Positions 22,480-24,000 of a stretch of 24,000 nt of DNA are shown piece after piece; the stretch's first letter is position 1, and each line of letters begins with the position of its first letter. This DNA is from Pusillimonas sp. (GTDB lineage Bacteria; Pseudomonadota; Gammaproteobacteria; Burkholderiales; Burkholderiaceae_B): the NCBI RefSeq assembly GCF_044464525.1, contig NZ_JBIQLE010000002.1:121691-145690 (forward strand). Reading direction: 5' to 3'. The translations under genes and the position numbers were made by a program. Under the pieces are notes generated by a model. It did no database searches and was not told the DNA's origin. It saw nothing but the letters and a program-made list of their open reading frames with translations.

Positions 22480-24000
22480 CTAAGAAGCCGGCCGGCAATC
22501 TCTGCGCATGTTCTGGTTGATGATGGCCAGGTCGGCCTCGTTCGTCAGGCCGTCGTGGTTGAAGTCGTACCAGCTTGAATGGCCGCCGTTATGGGTGCTG
22601 AAATACTTCCAGTTTTCGACATCTTGCTCGTCGACCACCAGGTCGAGGTTGCCGTCGCCGGGGCAATCGATATGGCTGGCAAGCAGGGTATCCATTTCGG
22701 TTGTCAGCGCCTGATAGTTTTGCTGCATTTCAGGCGTCATGTGATGAGGCGGCTGCAGCAAGTCCAGATTCTCGCGGTCCAGAAGCGGCAATGGGACGTT
22801 CTGATTAATGGCATAGAACTCTTCGCTGGATTCGACTTCGTTGCTGGCGCAGTTCAGGCGTTCGAGCTGCACCAATTTGAAGGATTCATTGCGCACGGCT
22901 CGTTGGGAGTTGGGCAAGAGATCGACGGGGTCATCGCCTTGGTTGACAAGGTACTCATTGACGGCACAGCATGATTCCAAGCCTTCGGCGCCCGCGACGC
23001 CACCTGGGCCATACCAGACGCCGCTCTGGTCTGCGCATACCCCCGCTTGTGGAAAGATCTGAACGCACATATTGAACGCCGGAATCACGCAAGGTGAAGG
23101 GGGGTCGGCTTTGACCGACGCGATATTGGTGCCCATTTCGGTGTAATTGGTGCTGCGGATGCTTGTTTGAGATGGTTCAGTAAGGTAGGCGAGCACCGGC
23201 TGAGCGTCGACCTGCCGCGTTTCGGGCAAGGCCTGCGCAAGATCGATGCCGGCCACTTCGCTGAACAAGGCGTACATATCGGCGGAATTGACCATGTGGG
23301 GCACTTCACGGCCGGGCTCTTTGACCATGGGGCCGGCCACTACCAACGGCACCCAGACCCCGGTCTGGTAGGGCGAACCTTTGGCTCGCGTCAGGCTGAA
23401 GGGGAATTTGACGCTAGGGCCGTATGTGCCGTTGTCGGCCATTATGACAACCACGGTGTTGGTCTCTTGTGGCCGGTAATCAAGCGCGCCGTCTGCGCGA
23501 TACTTGGCAAGGCCGGTTTCGACCATCAGGCGCCCGATTTCCGTATCCAGCGCTTCAATCATGTGGGTGGTCAGCTCGCGCTGCGCCAGCAACGAGCCCT
23601 CGTTCTCGGCATCGTTTGTACACGTATAGGCGTCGATCTGGGCAGCGGCGTCGGGCAGCAATGAAACAGGCGGCGGCTGCAAGGGCGTATGGATGGCCGA
23701 ATACCCTACGCTGGCCATCCAAGGCTTATCGGAAGGCTGCTGCGTGATCCAGTCGACAGCCAGGTCGGTTTCCATGATAGTGCGGTAGCCGCGACCCCGA
23801 GCGTGTTCCGGGGGGAACACCTGAACCGTGCCGTCCGCATGGTTGATGACAAGCTCGCTGGTGTAATAACCATTTTGTTCGGTGAAATCCAGGTAGCTGG
23901 GCGCCGAGGCGTGGCACGACTGGCCCGGGTCGAACAAGCCGCCGCCCGCCACGCAGGCCAGGCCGGGAATGCTCTCTTCCTGGGTAGATATGTCGGTGCA
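22480..24000 (-). CDS. Sulfatase-like protein, paralog 3 (more diverged); N-terminal part lies beyond the window edge
   Basis: The frame stays open through 24000; the GTG at 23952 is internal. It is collinear with residues from about 240 to the end of paralogs 1 and 2: LACVAGGGLFDPGQSC...NGYYTSELVI, KPWMASVGYSAIHTPLQPPP, VVVIMADNG, AKGSPYQTGVW, HMVNSADMYALFSEVAGID, and the same C-terminal DCPGDGNLD...DFNHDGLTNEADL module. Confidence 0.8.
   Translation of the reverse strand, partial: CTDISTQEESIPGLACVAGGGLFDPGQSCHASAPSYLDFTEQNGYYTSELVINHADGTVQVFPPEHARGRGYRTIMETDLAVDWITQQPSDKPWMASVGYSAIHTPLQPPPVSLLPDAAAQIDAYTCTNDAENEGSLLAQRELTTHMIEALDTEIGRLMVETGLAKYRADGALDYRPQETNTVVVIMADNGTYGPSVKFPFSLTRAKGSPYQTGVWVPLVVAGPMVKEPGREVPHMVNSADMYALFSEVAGIDLAQALPETRQVDAQPVLAYLTEPSQTSIRSTNYTEMGTNIASVKADPPSPCVIPAFNMCVQIFPQAGVCADQSGVWYGPGGVAGAEGLESCCAVNEYLVNQGDDPVDLLPNSQRAVRNESFKLVQLERLNCASNEVESSEEFYAINQNVPLPLLDRENLDLLQPPHHMTPEMQQNYQALTTEMDTLLASHIDCPGDGNLDLVVDEQDVENWKYFSTHNGGHSSWYDFNHDGLTNEADLAIINQNMRRDCRPAS

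Noticed and set aside
1-24000. Searched for CRISPR repeats, IS/transposase or integrase genes, terminal inverted repeats, toxin-antitoxin or defence-type genes
   Set aside because: No regularly spaced direct repeats and no ORF with recombinase, nuclease, ATPase-defence or phage hallmarks were seen. The only repeat structure is the tandem sulfatase duplication.

Overview
GC-rich proteobacterial chromosomal segment. The azurin sequence and overall gene content suggest Betaproteobacteria, possibly Alcaligenaceae; this is inference only. I support 20 protein-coding genes. I could not support any rRNA, tRNA, CRISPR array, transposase, integrase or phage gene. Left to right: a 5'-truncated NfeD protease with its SPFH/stomatin partner; a PQQ-dependent sugar dehydrogenase; a Usp protein; an acetoacetyl-CoA synthetase followed by a translationally coupled MarR regulator; an FMN reductase; azurin; an orphan LivJ-type binding protein; an alternative CuA/heme-copper oxidase operon (subunit II, a fused subunit I+III, and a small coupled membrane protein) next to DUF2231 and HemJ-like membrane proteins; and a YdeP-family molybdoenzyme. 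The least explained block is at 16.7-24 kb. It holds three paralogous Cys-type (formylglycine) sulfatase-like proteins arranged around a dedicated formylglycine-generating enzyme. The two N-terminally complete copies have lipoprotein signals. All three copies have Cys-rich insertions and a conserved C-terminal dockerin-like double EF-hand module bracketed by a Cys pair. That architecture is my best candidate for something undescribed. The claim rests on by-eye motif reading and needs HMM and structure searches. Several ORF-track starts were revised using homology, Shine-Dalgarno spacing and stop/start coupling.
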